From NCBI RefSeq assembly GCF_963921235.1, contig NC_086097.1:143284001-143348000 (forward strand): DNA of 64,000 bases, in the 5' to 3' direction. Under the pieces are notes generated by a model, which saw only the letters and a list, made by a program, of their open reading frames with translations, was not told the origin of the DNA and did not search any database. Positions 1 through 12,650 of this stretch are shown in pieces. Position 1 is the first letter of the stretch, and every line of letters starts with the position of its first letter. A program made the position numbers and the translations under genes. Source of the stretch: Mobula hypostoma (lineage: Eukaryota).

Positions 1-484
1 CGAGGTGGACTTTGCAAGGTTGCCTGGACAGCACATTGCTATATTCATGGCAAGTGATCAGTCCAGTTCTATTCTTTTTCTATATGTACATAGGGCTATT
101 GCTGCAATTGAGTGACATGCTCTGCTGCTGCAAGAGGGCATTTAATAATCAACTGCATGGGTGGGTCCATATTGGCCAGAGCTTGTAAGGATAGCAGGGG
201 TCTTTTCTAATTGATGAAGGAAATCCAGATCATCACTATTGAAACCAGTCCCCCCCACCCCCCGCCAATTTAACTGAAATTAAATTCCACACCTGCTGTG
301 CAGGGAACTGAACATGAATCTTTGAATTGTCCAGGTCTCTGAATTACTAGTATAGTGATTTATATTACCAGTCAGACAGCTTAACTACTAATCTTGAGTA
401 TAAATACCATTTGACAGATTATAATTTTGTTTTGATTGTTTCTCTCTGCGGTTTGTGGTGCATATTGGGCTGCAACCTTGCTGT

Positions 485-639
485 TTCTTTAGCATTTGTC
501 CATTTTTTACGAGGCTGAGTTGCTTGCTCGATGCTCAAATCAGCACAGATGAAAAGTGTGCAAAGAGCTGGCTGGATTTGAACCCAAGACCACTTGCCTC
601 GAGGTCTGGTGCGAATGCCACTACATCACCGGCTGGCTA
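485..639 (-). mobile_element. tRNA-derived SINE
   Basis: Reverse strand begins agccagccggTGATGTAGTGGcattc...GGTTCAAATCCagcc, i.e. Pol III A box and B box at tRNA-like spacing, followed by a non-tRNA body. Confidence 0.55.
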
Positions 640-721
640 ATATGTTTGTTTGCCTTAAGCTAATTCTTAGATTTGGATATATTATTGAGTGATGTTAATT
701 TAGATAATTTATTTCCCACAG

Positions 722-801
722 GTGAGAAACTAAAAGGCAATGAAGATGACCTAGCATCTGCAGTTGGAGCAGTAAAACAGGAGGATTATGACTCTGAGTG
801 A
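722..801 (+). CDS. Probable terminal coding exon of an unidentified upstream gene (..EKLKGNEDDLASAVGAVKQEDYDSE*)
   Basis: Acceptor tttatttcccacag ends at 721; phase-1 frame is open to TGA 799-801; followed by non-repeat UTR-like sequence, AATAAA at 1237-1242 and a GU/U-rich downstream tract. Product not recognised. Confidence 0.55.
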
Positions 802-1236
802 CTCCTGGTCCTCTGGTGGACAGTAATTTTGGGTCAGCCACAAGCTAGTTAACTTCAGGGTATAGGTACATGCACGCCATTTTATGTCCCCTGTTAACCT
901 TCTCTTTGAAGAGAAAATGCCAATGTATCAGATCAGGGTTGAAGCACATTGAAAAGGTGGCCTTCATTCCACCTTACAGGCAGGACTCTGCTCTCTACTT
1001 TGACTTCTGGCTGCTGATGTAATGATCCCATTGTCTCTGTTGCCACTGTACCATATACTGATCTGCAACGAACTTCCATCTTCAATTCAAATGTCTTGTT
1101 ATTATGCTAATTTTAAATTTAATTATGGATGTTTATTTTTCTATGATATTGATTGTAATACATCTTCGCTAGATCACCTGTCATTTCATTTCCAGGTCAG
1201 AGCCCAGGTTTGTTCTTTAAAAATCAGCCCTTCTGA

Positions 1237-1242
1237 AATAAA
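1237..1242 (+). terminator. Polyadenylation signal of upstream gene
   Basis: AATAAA followed by gtcattgtttttactcatttgctttgtttt. Confidence 0.5.
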
Positions 1243-1342
1243 GGTCATTGTTTTTACTCATTTGCTTTGTTTTCCCTGTGCCTTAATGTTTAAAAATTGA
1301 TTGCAGTGTTCAGCATGGTCTAACTAGCTCATTGTGCAGTTA

Positions 1343-2510
1343 GCACAATAATGCTGGAGGAACTCAGCAGGTCCAGCGGCATCTATGGAGAGGAATAAAC
1401 AGTTGATGCTTCAGGCTGAGGCCCTTCATCAGGATTGGAACAGAAGGGGGGGGGAGAAGAGCAAGAAGAAGAAAGTGGGGTGGTAAGAAGGAGTACAAGC
1501 TGGCAAGTGATTGGTGAAGCCAGATGTGAAAAATGGTGGGTGGGGTAGGTGGTGAAAGGAGAAACAGGGTGATGGGTGGAAAGGGTAAAGGGCCGAAGAA
1601 GGAAAATGGACCATGGGTGAAAGGGGAGGAAGAGGGGCCCCAGAGGGAGGTGATGGGCAGGTGAGGAGAAGAGAATGGGGTAGGTGGGGAGTCAGAATGT
1701 GAATTGGAAAAAGAGAGAAGGAGAGGGTGTAGAAGTACCAGAAGTTAGATAAATCAATGTTCATGCTGTCAAGTTGGGGGATACCCAGATGGAATACAAG
1801 GTGTAGCTCCAACTTGAGAGTGGCCTCATCAGGGCAGCAGAGGAGGCCACCATTGGTTGTCGGAATGGGAAGGGGCAGTGGAATTAAAATGGTTAGACCA
1901 TAGACATAGGAGGAGAATTAGGCCATTGAGCCCATGAAGTCTGCTCTGCCATTCCATTATGGCTGATCCTGGATCCCACTCAACCCTATACACCTGCCTT
2001 CCCGCCATGTCCTTTGATGCCCTGACCAATCAGGAAACTACCAACTTCCACCTTAAATTACCCAAGGACTTGGCCTCCACCACGGTCTGTGGCAGAGCAT
2101 TCCAGAGATTTACTACTCTCGATAAAAATATTCCTCCTTACCTCTGTACTAAAGGGTCACCCCTCAATTTTGATGCTGTGCTCTCTAGTTCTGGACACCC
2201 CGCCACAGGAAACATCCTCTTTATATCCGCCTTATCAAGTCTTTTCAACATTCGGTTGGTTTCAATGAGATCCCCACACATTCTTCTAAATTCCAGTGAG
2301 TACAGGCCCAAAGCTGCCAAATGCTCCTAATATGTTAACCCCCTCTGGACTGTCTCCAAAGACAACACATCCTTTCTGAGATATTTGGTTGGCCAAATGT
2401 GTTTGACAATGCAGTTCACAAGCTATGTCGGGTCTCACTGATGAGAAGCACCAGGACATTTTGTGTGTATTAGTCTGGATTTCCAGTATTGCAGAATCTC
2501 TTGTATTTAT
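1343..2510 (-). mobile_element. Penelope-like element (PLE) 3' fragment, interrupted by a CR1 3' fragment (~1897-2390, minus)
   Basis: Minus ORF 1429-1812 has HLVFHLGIPQLDSMNIDLSNF (PLE GIY-YIG C-terminus type) and a degenerate hammerhead at ~1400-1437. ORF 2138-2320 LGLYSLEFRRMCGDLIE is the CR1 ORF2 C-terminus. Confidence 0.7.
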
Positions 2511-2974
2511 CAGTATGCAGTTGTTTTTGGAGTGGTGCCTCCTCATGTCTTTCATCACAGACTGGTGGATTGCCTATAGTTGGCTTTAAGGGAAGGAACC
2601 AAGAGTGCTCAGACCTGGAGCCTCCCCAAAACAATTTATAAAATGTATTCACTTTGTCACAATCTCTGCTTTTGGCTCACTTGATCCTTTAGTGAATTTC
2701 ATTAAATTGCTGTGATTTGGTGTGATTAGGTGAATTTGGAGGAAAAAGCGTGGCTGTAAGGTTGTATAAGAAGCAGAGACCAGAGTTGTGATTAAGATTT
2801 AAGAGGACTGTCAGTATGAGGTTAAAACTCAATAATTGTAAAGCATAATTCTCTCCACAGGCTTCAAACCTAAATCTAGACTTGTTCAATAAGTGTTAAT
2901 AAAATGTAAGTTTGCAAAGCATCATAACCTGTACAAAATGTATATTGTAAGTACTTGGCATTCAAGATGTAGTA

Positions 2975-3985
2975 AATTTTACGAGACATTGGCTTTGTGG
3001 GAGAAGGCAGAGTGTGGTAGTAGATGGTTGCCTCTCTGACTTGGAGGCCTGTGACTAGAGGAGTGCTGCAGGGATTGGTGTTGGGTTCGTTATTGTTTGT
3101 CATCTATATCAATGATCTGGATGATAATGTGGTTAACTGGATCAGCAAGTAAGCAGATGACACCAAGATTGTGGATGTAGTGGACACTGAGGAAGACTAT
3201 CAGAGCTTGCAGTGGTATCTAGACCAGATGGAAAAATGGCAGATGGAATTTAATGGAGACAAGTGTCAAGTGTTGCAATTCAATAGGGCCAACCAGGGTA
3301 AGTCTTGAGCAGTGAACACTAGGGCACTGAAGAGTGCCGTAGAACAAAGGGATCTGGGAAGACAGGTCCACAATTCATTCAAAGTGGTGGCACAGATAGA
3401 TGGGGTTGAAAATTGGCATATTGGCCTTCATGAGTACAGGAAATGGGATGTTATGTTGAAGTTGTATAAGACATTGGTGAGGCCTAATATGGAATATTAT
3501 GTGCTGTTTAGGTGACCTACCTGTAGGAATGAAATATTTAAGGTTGAAAGAGTACAGAGAAAATTTTCTAGGATGCTGCCAGGACTGGAGGACTTGGGTT
3601 GTAAAGAAAGATTGAATAGGTTAGGACTTTATTCCTTGGAACGTAGGAAATTGAGGGGAGATTTGATCGAGGTATACAAAATAATAAGGGGTATAGATGG
3701 GGTAAATGCAAGCAGGCTTTTTCCTCTAAGGTTCATGGCTTAAGGGTGAAAGGTGAAAAGTGTAAGGGGAACATGAGGGGAAACTTCAGTCAAAGGGTGA
3801 TGAGTGTATGGATTGAGCTGCCAGCACAAGTGGTGCATGCAAGCTCGATTTCAACGTTTGGATAGGTATTTGGATGGTGAGGGTATGAAGGGTCATGGTC
3901 CGGGTGCAGGTCAATAGGAGTAAGCAGTTCAAATGGTTTAGCACGGACTACTTGGGTCAAAGGGCCTGTTTCTGTGCTCTACTGG
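2975..3985 (+). mobile_element. CR1 LINE, degenerate 3' part
   Basis: RT/C-terminal remnants (GVLQGLVLG, ADDTK, EQRDLG, LYKTLVRP, RGDLIEVYK) with stops and frameshifts. Confidence 0.85.
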
Positions 3986-4363
3986 TAAGGCATAGACTCA
4001 TAGAAAAGTAGTGTCTGAATGACCAGAGATGAGTGAAATATTCCTTTCAGGTAATGTGTCAAATGATTATGTTTAAGAATGGTTTTTTTTAAAAGCTAAG
4101 CATTTCTTATCCTACAGACCAAAATATCTTCTCTGTGGTTTATCCCAATATTTGAAGGTTTGTGTGTGTGTGTGTGTCTGACCCCCTCCCCCCACCTTCC
4201 ATTTCGCTGTAGAGTGCAATTCGAATTGCTTGAAAGTTGATATTCCGGAAAAGGCAACTCTGTGATTGCCACTAGATCTACACCCTAAACATTCATTTCC
4301 TCCTGCACATTGTACGTGCAGTGATTCAAAAAAGACAGCTCACCAACACCCTCTTATGGTCTC

Positions 4364-4495
4364 GTGAGAAAATCTGCAGATGCTGGAAATCCAAAGCAAC
4401 AACAAAATGCTGGGAGAACTCAGCAGGTCAGGCAACGTCTATAGAAGAGAGGTGAACAGTCAACATTTTGGGCTGAGACCTTTCATCAGGACTGT
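4364..4495 (-). mobile_element. PLE terminal-repeat fragment ending at a degenerate hammerhead motif
   Basis: aaatctgcagatgctggaaatcc...gagacctttcatcaggactg, the same family as the other PLE ends in the window. Confidence 0.65.
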
Positions 4496-4890
4496 TTAAC
4501 CATATTTATAAACGAATAAGAAAATGTCCAATTCGAGAGGATTATACAGTCTATCTGACACAGAAGATGCATTTTTGTGCGTAGAGCAGTGCGGAGATGT
4601 TGTGCTCCAGTTTCCGTTACAACAAGAGAGCTGCAGGAGGAGGTCATGGATTCGGGCTGCATCAGTGGAGGCTGAGGCAGGGTCGATGTTTCAGGTGGAG
4701 ATCCTGAATCAGAAAGGTGCTTACCCTTTAAAGAAACTGATAAGCTCAGCGGTCAGGACTGAATCAGGGTCTCGAACGAAATGTGGGCTATTCCTTTTCC
4801 TCAAAGTATACTGTTAGTTCAGTAGCGTTCCTCCTGCAGTTTATCTCCCCTTTCAGATTTCAATACCTTTCGACCATCTGGAGTTAGGCT

Positions 4891-7800
4891 GGTTTTTCAA
4901 CTCGATCGTCTTCAAACAATTCCTGAATATACTCAGTCCATCTGTTCATAATCTCATCTTTTTCCATGATAATGGTACCGTCCTTTGCTTTCAAACATCT
5001 ACCCGAAGAACAGAGGAGCTTTTTACCAGTGATATTCTTGATTTGTTGATGTAACCTTTTTGGATCAGTAATAGGGATTCTTTCTATTTGGTCACATTCC
5101 TGGTTTAACCATTCTTCTTTGGCTTTTTGACATAAGCTTTTAACTTTTTTATCTAAGGACTTATATTCTATAGGATTTGCTTTCTTCCGTCTCCTGTCTT
5201 CCATTAGATTTTTGATTTCATCTGTCATCCATTTATTCTTTGTGTTTTTTTCTTTTTTAGGAATCACTGACTTTGCTGATTCTACCAAGCCATCCTTTGG
5301 AGAGTTAAACTTAATTTCTTCATGATTGCTATCACCTTCAACAGATTCTATTTCTAGACTTTGAAATCTATTCCTTACTTCAGTTGTAAATTTTTGTCTT
5401 AAGTTTTCTTCAATTAATTGTGAGTAGTCAAGGGATTGTTCAGGTTTTTGCTTTAGTTTTTTAAGTTTTACTTTTACATGACATACTGCTGGGTTATGGT
5501 CACTATTACAGTCTGCACCTGGATGTGTTTTGCACTGAGTCACTGAGTGTCTAAATCTTTGGTTTATAGTAATAAAGTCAATTTGATTTCTAGTGTTATC
5601 ACCTGGACTTTTCCAGATCCACAAGCGTCTTGGATGGTTCTTAAAGTAGGTATTCATAATGACCTAATTATTCATCTTGCACCATTCTACCCATTTCTCA
5701 CCTCTTTCATTTCTTTCCCCAGTCCAAATTTTCCCATGGTATTTCCATCAGTACCTTGTCCTACTTTAGCATTTAGATCTCCCATGACAATAACAATATC
5801 TTAAGATTTGCATCCATTCTTTGCCTGTTCAAGCTCTTCATAGAATTTATCTATATCCTCATTTGTTCCATCCATTTTTGGTGCATACACCTGTATAATT
5901 GCTAAATCAAATGGTTGTCCTGTGAATCTAACAAGGAGCACTCTTTCTGATATTGCCCAATGTCCTAAAACACTTTTTGCCGTGTTTTCATCCATAAGAA
6001 TTCCTATTCCATTAGTATGGGATGTTCCACAAGAATAAATAGTGTTTTATTTCTATTCTGACATGTTTCAGCACCTATCTAACGAACTTCGCTAATTCCC
6101 ATGATGTTAACCTTTAGTCTTTCCATTTCATTTATCACATTGTCCAATCTTCCTGCTTGATATAGGGTTTTTACATTCCAAGTGGCAATAATTTTCTTTT
6201 GTGTTACTTGAATTTTATGAGCAGTAGCTTGATGACGGTCGGGGATCCCCTGCTGACCAGGATCAACCCTACCGAGCGAAGTATATTCAAGAATTGTTTG
6301 AAGATGATCGAGGTGAAAAACCAGAAATTAAGAAAAACATTGAAGGTCCAAGTATTTTAAAATCTGAAGTTCGTAATGCAAAAATAAGATGAAGAAAGGA
6401 AAGGCAGCAGGTCCTGATGAATTAGTAATAGAACAAGATATTGCCCTTGAAGATTATGGAATTGAAAAACTTACAGATTTAATCAATGACATTTATGAAA
6501 CTGGAATAATACCAGAAAAGATGAAAAAAACAGTATTTATCATTCTTCCTAAGAAACCTGGAGCAATAGAATGTGAATTTTATAGGACCACAAGTTTAAT
6601 GAGTCATATCACCAAGATATTTCTAAGAATTTTGATGACAAGAACTAAAAGTAAGATGCAAGCTGAAATAAGAATGTGGTTTTGTGAAAGACAAAGGTAC
6701 GGGAAACACAATATTGATGTTAAGGATGCTATCAGAACGAGCTATTCAAGTGCAAAAGGATTTGTTTGTTTTATCATCTACACAAAAGCATTTGATAAAG
6801 TGAAGAACAATAAGTTATTTGAAATATTCCAGGAAACTCTAGATCTAGATTCGAAAGACCTCTGCCTAATCAGAAATCTGTACTGGGAACAAACTGCCGC
6901 TGTAAGAATAGCTGGAAAAGTGAGTCAGTTTACGAAAATCAAGAGAGGCGTTCAACAAGGGTGTGTTTTCTCCCCTGATTTGTTTAATGTGTACAGTGAC
7001 ACAATATTACAAAAAATAAGAGACATCTTGGGAATCAAAGTTGGCGGTGAAATCATCAATAATTTCAGATATGCAGATGACACTGTTAATTGCAAGTATG
7101 GAGGAAGAACTACAAAACTTAATTGACACAAAATGCTGTTGGAACGCAGCAGGCCAGGCAGTATCTATAGGAAGATGTACAGTCGACGTTTCAAGTGGAG
7201 ACCCTTCGCCAGGCTAAGGGAAGTAAGAGATTTGAAAGGGGGAGGAGGAGACCCAAAATGATAGGAGAAGACAGGAGGGGGAGGGATGAAGCCAAGAGCT
7301 GGGAAGTTGATTGGCAAAAGGGATACAAGGCTGGAGAAGGGGGAGTATCATTAGGACGGAAGGCCTTGGAAGGAAGAAAGGGGGAGGGGAGCACCAGAGG
7401 AAGATGGAGAACAGGCAAGGAGTTATTGTGAGAGGGAAAGAAAGAGAAAAAATAAATAATACATTAGGGATGGGGTAAGAAGGGGATTGATATCTCTAAC
7501 TTCTGTTAATGCCCCTCCTCTCCTCCTTACCCCATCCCTAATTTATTATTTATCTCTCTCTCTTTCCCTCTCACAATAACTCCTTGCCTGTTCTCCATCT
7601 TCCTCTGGTGCTCCCCTCCCCCTTTCTTTCTTGTATCCCTTTTTCCAATCAACTTCCCAGCTCTTGGCTTCATCCCTCCCCCTCCTGTCTTCTCCTATCA
7701 TTTCGGGTCTCCCCCTCCCCCTCCCACTTTCAAATCTCTTACTATCTCTTTTTTCCATTAGTCCTGACGAAGAGTCTCGACCCGAAACGTCGACTGTACT

Positions 7801-8630
7801 ACTTCCTATAGATGCTGCCTGGCCTACTGCGTTCCACCAGCATTTTGTGTGTGTTGCTTGAATTTCCAGCATCTGCAGATTTTCCCGTGTTTGCATTTTA
7901 AAAAACTTAATTAATATAGTTGAAGAAAGTTCAAAAATGGGTTATCTATCAATTGCAAAAAAACAATGTATGGTGATATCCAAAAAGAAGGAGAATCCTA
8001 TCTGCAGGCTGAGAATAAACGGGGAAGACATAAAACAAGTACAGAACATTTGCAACTTAGGAAGCTGGGTGGCATCAGATGTCAGGTGCGACATGGACAT
8101 CAATAGAAGAATAGGGATGGCAAAAGACACCTTATGAGCATGAAGAGTATACTGACCAATACTAAACTAGGCATGACAACCCGCCTCAGCGTACTGAAAT
8201 GTTAGATTTATCCAAGTTATGTGGCTCAGAATGTTGGATAATTTCTAGTAACATGAGGAAACGAATTGAAGCAGCAGAGATGTGGTTTTTGAGGAGGATG
8301 CAAAGAATATCATGGACGAAACGAATATCTAACAGGGATGTCATGAACAGAGCAAACACAAAAAGAGAAATAATGTATGAGATCATGAAAAGGCATCGTA
8401 ACTTCATTGGGCATGTGATTAGGAAAGAGGTGTTAGAATACACAGTAATTATGGGAAAGATTGAAGGGAAGAAAGCAAGAGGAAGACAAAGACAAGTGAT
8501 GATGGAGATGGAGACAGCAGCCAGAGAACTGGAAATGAATACCAATGAATTGATCTACTTGGCCCGAAACAGGAGTGTGAGAGCCATAGCTGTCAAAACT
8601 CAAACTGGGCACGGCACCTGATGATGATGG
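4891..8630. mobile_element. RTE-clade non-LTR retrotransposon with inverted 5' part (APE endonuclease on minus ~4891-6270; RT on plus ~6280-8621)
   Basis: Minus: IIQVYAP, WKSPG..NQIDFI, SDH (APE). Plus: KAAGPD, KAFDKV, RGVQQGCVFSP, RYADDT, RRMQRISW (RT). (TGA)n tail at 8619-8629; 12-bp TSD tggagttaggct at 4879-4890 and 8631-8642. Confidence 0.9.
7125..7901. mobile_element. PLE-derived long inverted-repeat insertion inside the RTE RT ORF
   Basis: Arms ~7126-7490 and ~7510-7850 are reverse complements; 11-bp TSD aaaacttaatt at 7114-7124 and 7902-7912; hammerhead core CTGACGA at 7764-7770 and GAAAC-GTC at 7784-7791. Confidence 0.85.
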
Positions 8631-8776
8631 TGGAGTTAGGCTAGCCCGCCGGAACTGAGGCATTTCTGTATCTGCGAATATCCGGGAAGTGTGGGAGCTG
8701 GGGAGGAGTTAGTTCGCAGAACTGGAAAATTAGAAGTGAAGTCTTGAGGAAGAAGCCGGCAATATTTCAAATTTTG

Positions 8777-8963
8777 CACACACAAAGTGTTGAAGGAACT
8801 CAGCAAATCGGGTAGTATCTATGGAAGGCAGTAGGCAGTCGACGTTTCATGCCGAGACCCTTAACCAGATCAGTTCTCTGGATTCTGTCTGACTTTTGCT
8901 GAGTTCCTCCAGCATTTTGTGTGTGTTGCTGAAAATTTCCAGCGTCTGCGGAATCTTTTGTTT
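8777..8963. mobile_element. Older PLE fold-back mini-element directly upstream of the TBRG4 promoter
   Basis: cacacacaaagtgttgaaggaactcagc ... gctgagttcctccagcattttgtgtgtg inverted arms, followed by the family tail ttccagcgtctgcggaatc. Confidence 0.65.
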
Positions 8964-9029
8964 ATTGTTTCAAATGTGATATCGATTTACTTTTGGATTT
9001 GCATCGACCAGTTGCGGAGTGACTCTGCT

Positions 9030-9265
9030 CCAATGACGTATCACTGGTGCTTCTCACCGGGAAATGTTTCCTGGTACGTCACGGCGCCGCGCGTGAGGGC
9101 CGTGCGCACGTCAAATGACGTGAGACGTTGAAGGACGGCCATGCCGGACTCGGGAGTGAGGGTGAGTGTCTGGGTGCTGTGACCCCCAGTGAGTTAAACC
9201 CGGGGCCCCCGGGCCGGGGGTGGTTTACAAGACTCGGCAGGGAGAGAAGGAACCTGGCCATTTTA
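9030..9265 (+). promoter_or_regulatory. TBRG4: CpG-rich TBRG4 promoter with four CRE/ATF half-sites, an NRF1-like palindrome and a YY1-like motif
   Basis: TGACGT(A/G) or its complement at 9034, 9075, 9107 and 9116; palindrome cgtgcgcacg 9101-9110; gccatttt 9257-9264; local CpG enrichment just upstream of a strong donor. Confidence 0.65.
9120..9161 (+). other. TBRG4: TBRG4 putative 5'UTR exon 1 (start approximate)
   Basis: Canonical donor AGG|gtgagt at 9162 in the CpG-rich patch upstream of coding exon 2. Confidence 0.6.
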
Positions 9266-10039
9266 ACCCGTCAGAAGTAGAGCCACGGTCTCATTCCCCC
9301 CAGGGACACTGCAGCCCTGGTGCAATGGCATCTGCCAGCTCCACTTTCACCCTCTTTCTGGAGATCTAGCCCGTTCTTTCCACCCCCAGGGTCGTCGTTC
9401 TTCTCTGGTAATATCCGCGTCCTGTTCCATTGCGATGGCAAATGTGTTTCAACACCTGGACTGGAATGCCTGAAGGTGTGGCTAGGAGGTCAGGGTGTTA
9501 AACAGCTGGGTGTTAAAGAAGGAAACTAATAAAATGGAACCCATGCTCTTCAAGTAGTTTCCACTTTCCAAATATTGGAAACGAAAAGGAGCATTACTCC
9601 AATCAGACTACAGCGAAATATTGTATATAATTCACATAATTATATGTGAAAGTCTTAAAGATTGTAGAAATAATACATTACCAAAGTGGTTCAGGGGCAA
9701 GGAATTTCAGTTGAAATTTTAAACTGAAGAATCAGAGATTTGATAGAGGTAATAGAATAATTCAGTATATGAGCAACACAAAGTGTTGGTGAGGGAAATA
9801 AATATTTGATGTTTTGGTTGATCATCCCCTCTTGTGGTCTCCTGAAAGCTTGCACTCCTCCTCCTCTCTCCAACTTATTCTGGTTTCTGCCCCCTTACAT
9901 TCCAGGCCTCATAAAAGGTCTTGACCCAAAACATTGACTGTCCATAATTGCTGCTTGACCTCCTGAGCTCCACCAGCATTTTGTGTGTGGTCCTCAAGAT
10001 CTCCAGCGTCTGCAGGATCTCTTGTGTCCATGATTTACT

Positions 10040-12650
10040 ACAGGCCACCTTATCGGCACCGATCAGGATGCCAATCTAAACTAAACCCATCTGCCTGCAT
10101 GTAGTCCACATCTCTGTTCCCTGTCTGTTCATACGTATGTCTAGATGCCTCCTAAATATCACCATCATATTTGCTTATACCTCCCCTCCTAACATGATTT
10201 TGGGCATCTGCCACTCTGTAAAATTAAACTGCCTTGCCTTTATCTCAGGTTAAACATATGCCTTCTAGTATTTGACATATAAAGAATCTGTTTATCCTGT
10301 TTGTGCCTCTCATAACTTTTTATTTATTTGGAGATACAACACGGAACAGGGACCTTCTGGTCCAACGAGCCACACTGCCCAGCAACGCACCTATTCAACA
10401 CTACCTTAATCACAGGACAATTTATAATGGCTAATTGACTTACTAATTGAATTGAATATATTTAAATCTTACATCCATCCCACAACATGAGTGAGTAATA
10501 ATCTTTGCGTTGCAATGTACAGACATGTGAATTTATGAGCCTAATGGCTTGTAGAAAGAAGCTATCCCATAGCTTGTTGGCCCTGGCTTTAATGCTGCGG
10601 TACTGTTTGCCAGACAGAAGCAGCTGAAACAGTTTATGGTTGGGATGACTGGTTTCCCTGACGATCCTCCAGGTGTTCTTTCTGCACCTGATGCTGTAAA
10701 TGTCCTCAGTGGAGGGAAATTCACATCCACAGATGCGCTGGGCTGCCTGTACCACTCTCTACAGTACCCATTGATCAAGGTTGGTGCAATTCCCGTACCA
10801 AGCGGTGATACAGCCAGTCAAGGTGCTCTCCATGGTGCCCCTGTAAAAGTTCTTGAGGATTTGGGGGCTCGTGCCAAACTACTTCACTTGCCTGAGGAGG
10901 AAGAGACGCTGTTGTGCTTTTTTTTGCCATACAGCCAGTGTTTATAGTCCAGGTGAGATCTTTGGTGATGTGTCAACCAAGGAACTTGAAGCTACTCACC
11001 CTCTGAACTGCAGACCCATTAATGTTGAGCAGGGAGAGCCTGTCTTGGTTCCTCCTGTAATCCACGATCAGCTCTTTTGTTTTTTGGACATTGAGGGAGA
11101 GGTTGTCATCCTGGCATCACTGTGTCAGGGTGTCAAACTCTCATCTGTAGGCTGTCTCATCACCACTAGAGATAAAGCTGATCAAAATCATGTGATCTGT
11201 GAATTTGATCAGCAGACTGGAGCTGTGTGGGCAGCACAGTCGTGGGTGTAAAGAGAGCGAGGTGGAGACTCAGGACACAACGTGGGGGAGGGTGTGGGGC
11301 ACCTTTGTTGAGGGGCAGAGGTGAGGGAGCCCATCCTTACCACCTGTCGGCAATCCGATGGGAAGCCTAGGATCCAGGTGCACAAGGCGGGGTGCAGGCA
11401 GAGGTCTGAGCTTCCTGTCAAGTCTGGAGGGAAGTATGGTGTTAAATGCTGAACTGTAGTCCAGGAACAGCATTCTAACATATGCATCCGTCTTCTCCAA
11501 GTGAGCGAGGACGGTGTGCAGTGCTGCGGCTATGGCATCATCGGCAGACCGGTTCCGTCGGTAGGCGAATTGAGAACGCACCCTGGGGTGCCGCTGCCTT
11601 GCGGCTGTTGACACGTTGGAATGTTCTGCGTACCTCAACTTTGGAGATTACCAAGGTGCAGGTCTCGTTGGCGGCTCTCCTTGGGGGTTGAGTCCTGCCA
11701 ACCTCGAATCGAGAGCAATGAAACATTTGGCTTGTCCGGTAGCAAGATGGCAATGTTAGCTGTTCTGCTGCATTTCTTCTTGGAAGTCCGCGATGGTGTG
11801 CAGTCCTTGTCACACGCTGCAGGTGTTATTTGTTGCAGAATTGTGACTGGATTTTGTCCTTGTGTTGCTGTTTTGCCACCTTGATGGCTCTATGTAAATT
11901 ATGGTACATTTTTGTACTGTGGGAGGAAACTGGAGAACCCAAAGAAAACCCATGAGGTCATGGAGAGAACTAGTCTTTTGAACACCGCACTCCAGAATGC
12001 TCCGTTGTAATAGTGTTGCACTAACCCCTATGCTGCCATGGCATGATTGATATACTATCAATTCACCTCTTGGCTATTGACACTGGTGAAAACAGTCCAA
12101 GTTTGTTCAACCTCTCCTTAAACCTAATACAATCCAATCCAGGTTTCAATTACTTCAGATCGGTGTCCCCTCATTTTTGATCTTACTATGAAGGAAAGTA
12201 GTTTCTTCCTATTAAGCTCACCATACTATGCCATGGATTTCCATTCTGCATCCTCTCTCTTCCAAAGTGAATAGAACTAACTCATCCTGTCTTTCGACAT
12301 CAGAATTTTCCAGTCCTGGGAACATTCTCATGGATCTTCCTTGTGTTATCTCTTGCACAATCCCATTTTTCCTGTAATTTGGCTGTACTTGTGTTGTTGC
12401 CTAACTAGTGTCATATATAGTTCCAGCATACCCTTCCTGATTGCTTGGGTAATCTTGCATATCTTTTCAACACCTTACTGACCCGCCTTGTGAACTTTAC
12501 ACATCTGTGCACATATGCTCCAAGGTTCCAGTTATTGTATATTCTTTATCTTGTTTTGGACCCTGTCCCCCTCCCCTTTTCCAGTCGGATAACTTTACCC
12601 ATTAGCATTTACCACTTCCTTCCCAACTGACTAAACTAGAATATACTCAA
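10040..12650 (-). mobile_element. Nested relics: CR1 (~10040-10320, ~12050-12650) containing a V-SINE/HE1-like element (~10320-10445, ~11895-12045) containing Rex1
   Basis: CR1 3'-type sequence on both outer sides; V-domain-like tgtgggaggaaactggagaacccaaagaaaacccatgaggtcatggagagaac at ~11918-11970. Confidence 0.55.
10445..11895 (-). mobile_element. Rex1/Babar LINE fragment
   Basis: [14 protein letters not shown]...[24 protein letters not shown] and HPNHKLFQLLLSGKQYRS motifs. Confidence 0.85.

Noticed and set aside
7191..7896. Recurrent similar small ORFs (also at 24200-24524, 19671-20035, 50533-50814, 58434-58704)
   Set aside because: Translations of the non-coding PLE terminal repeat, not a gene family.
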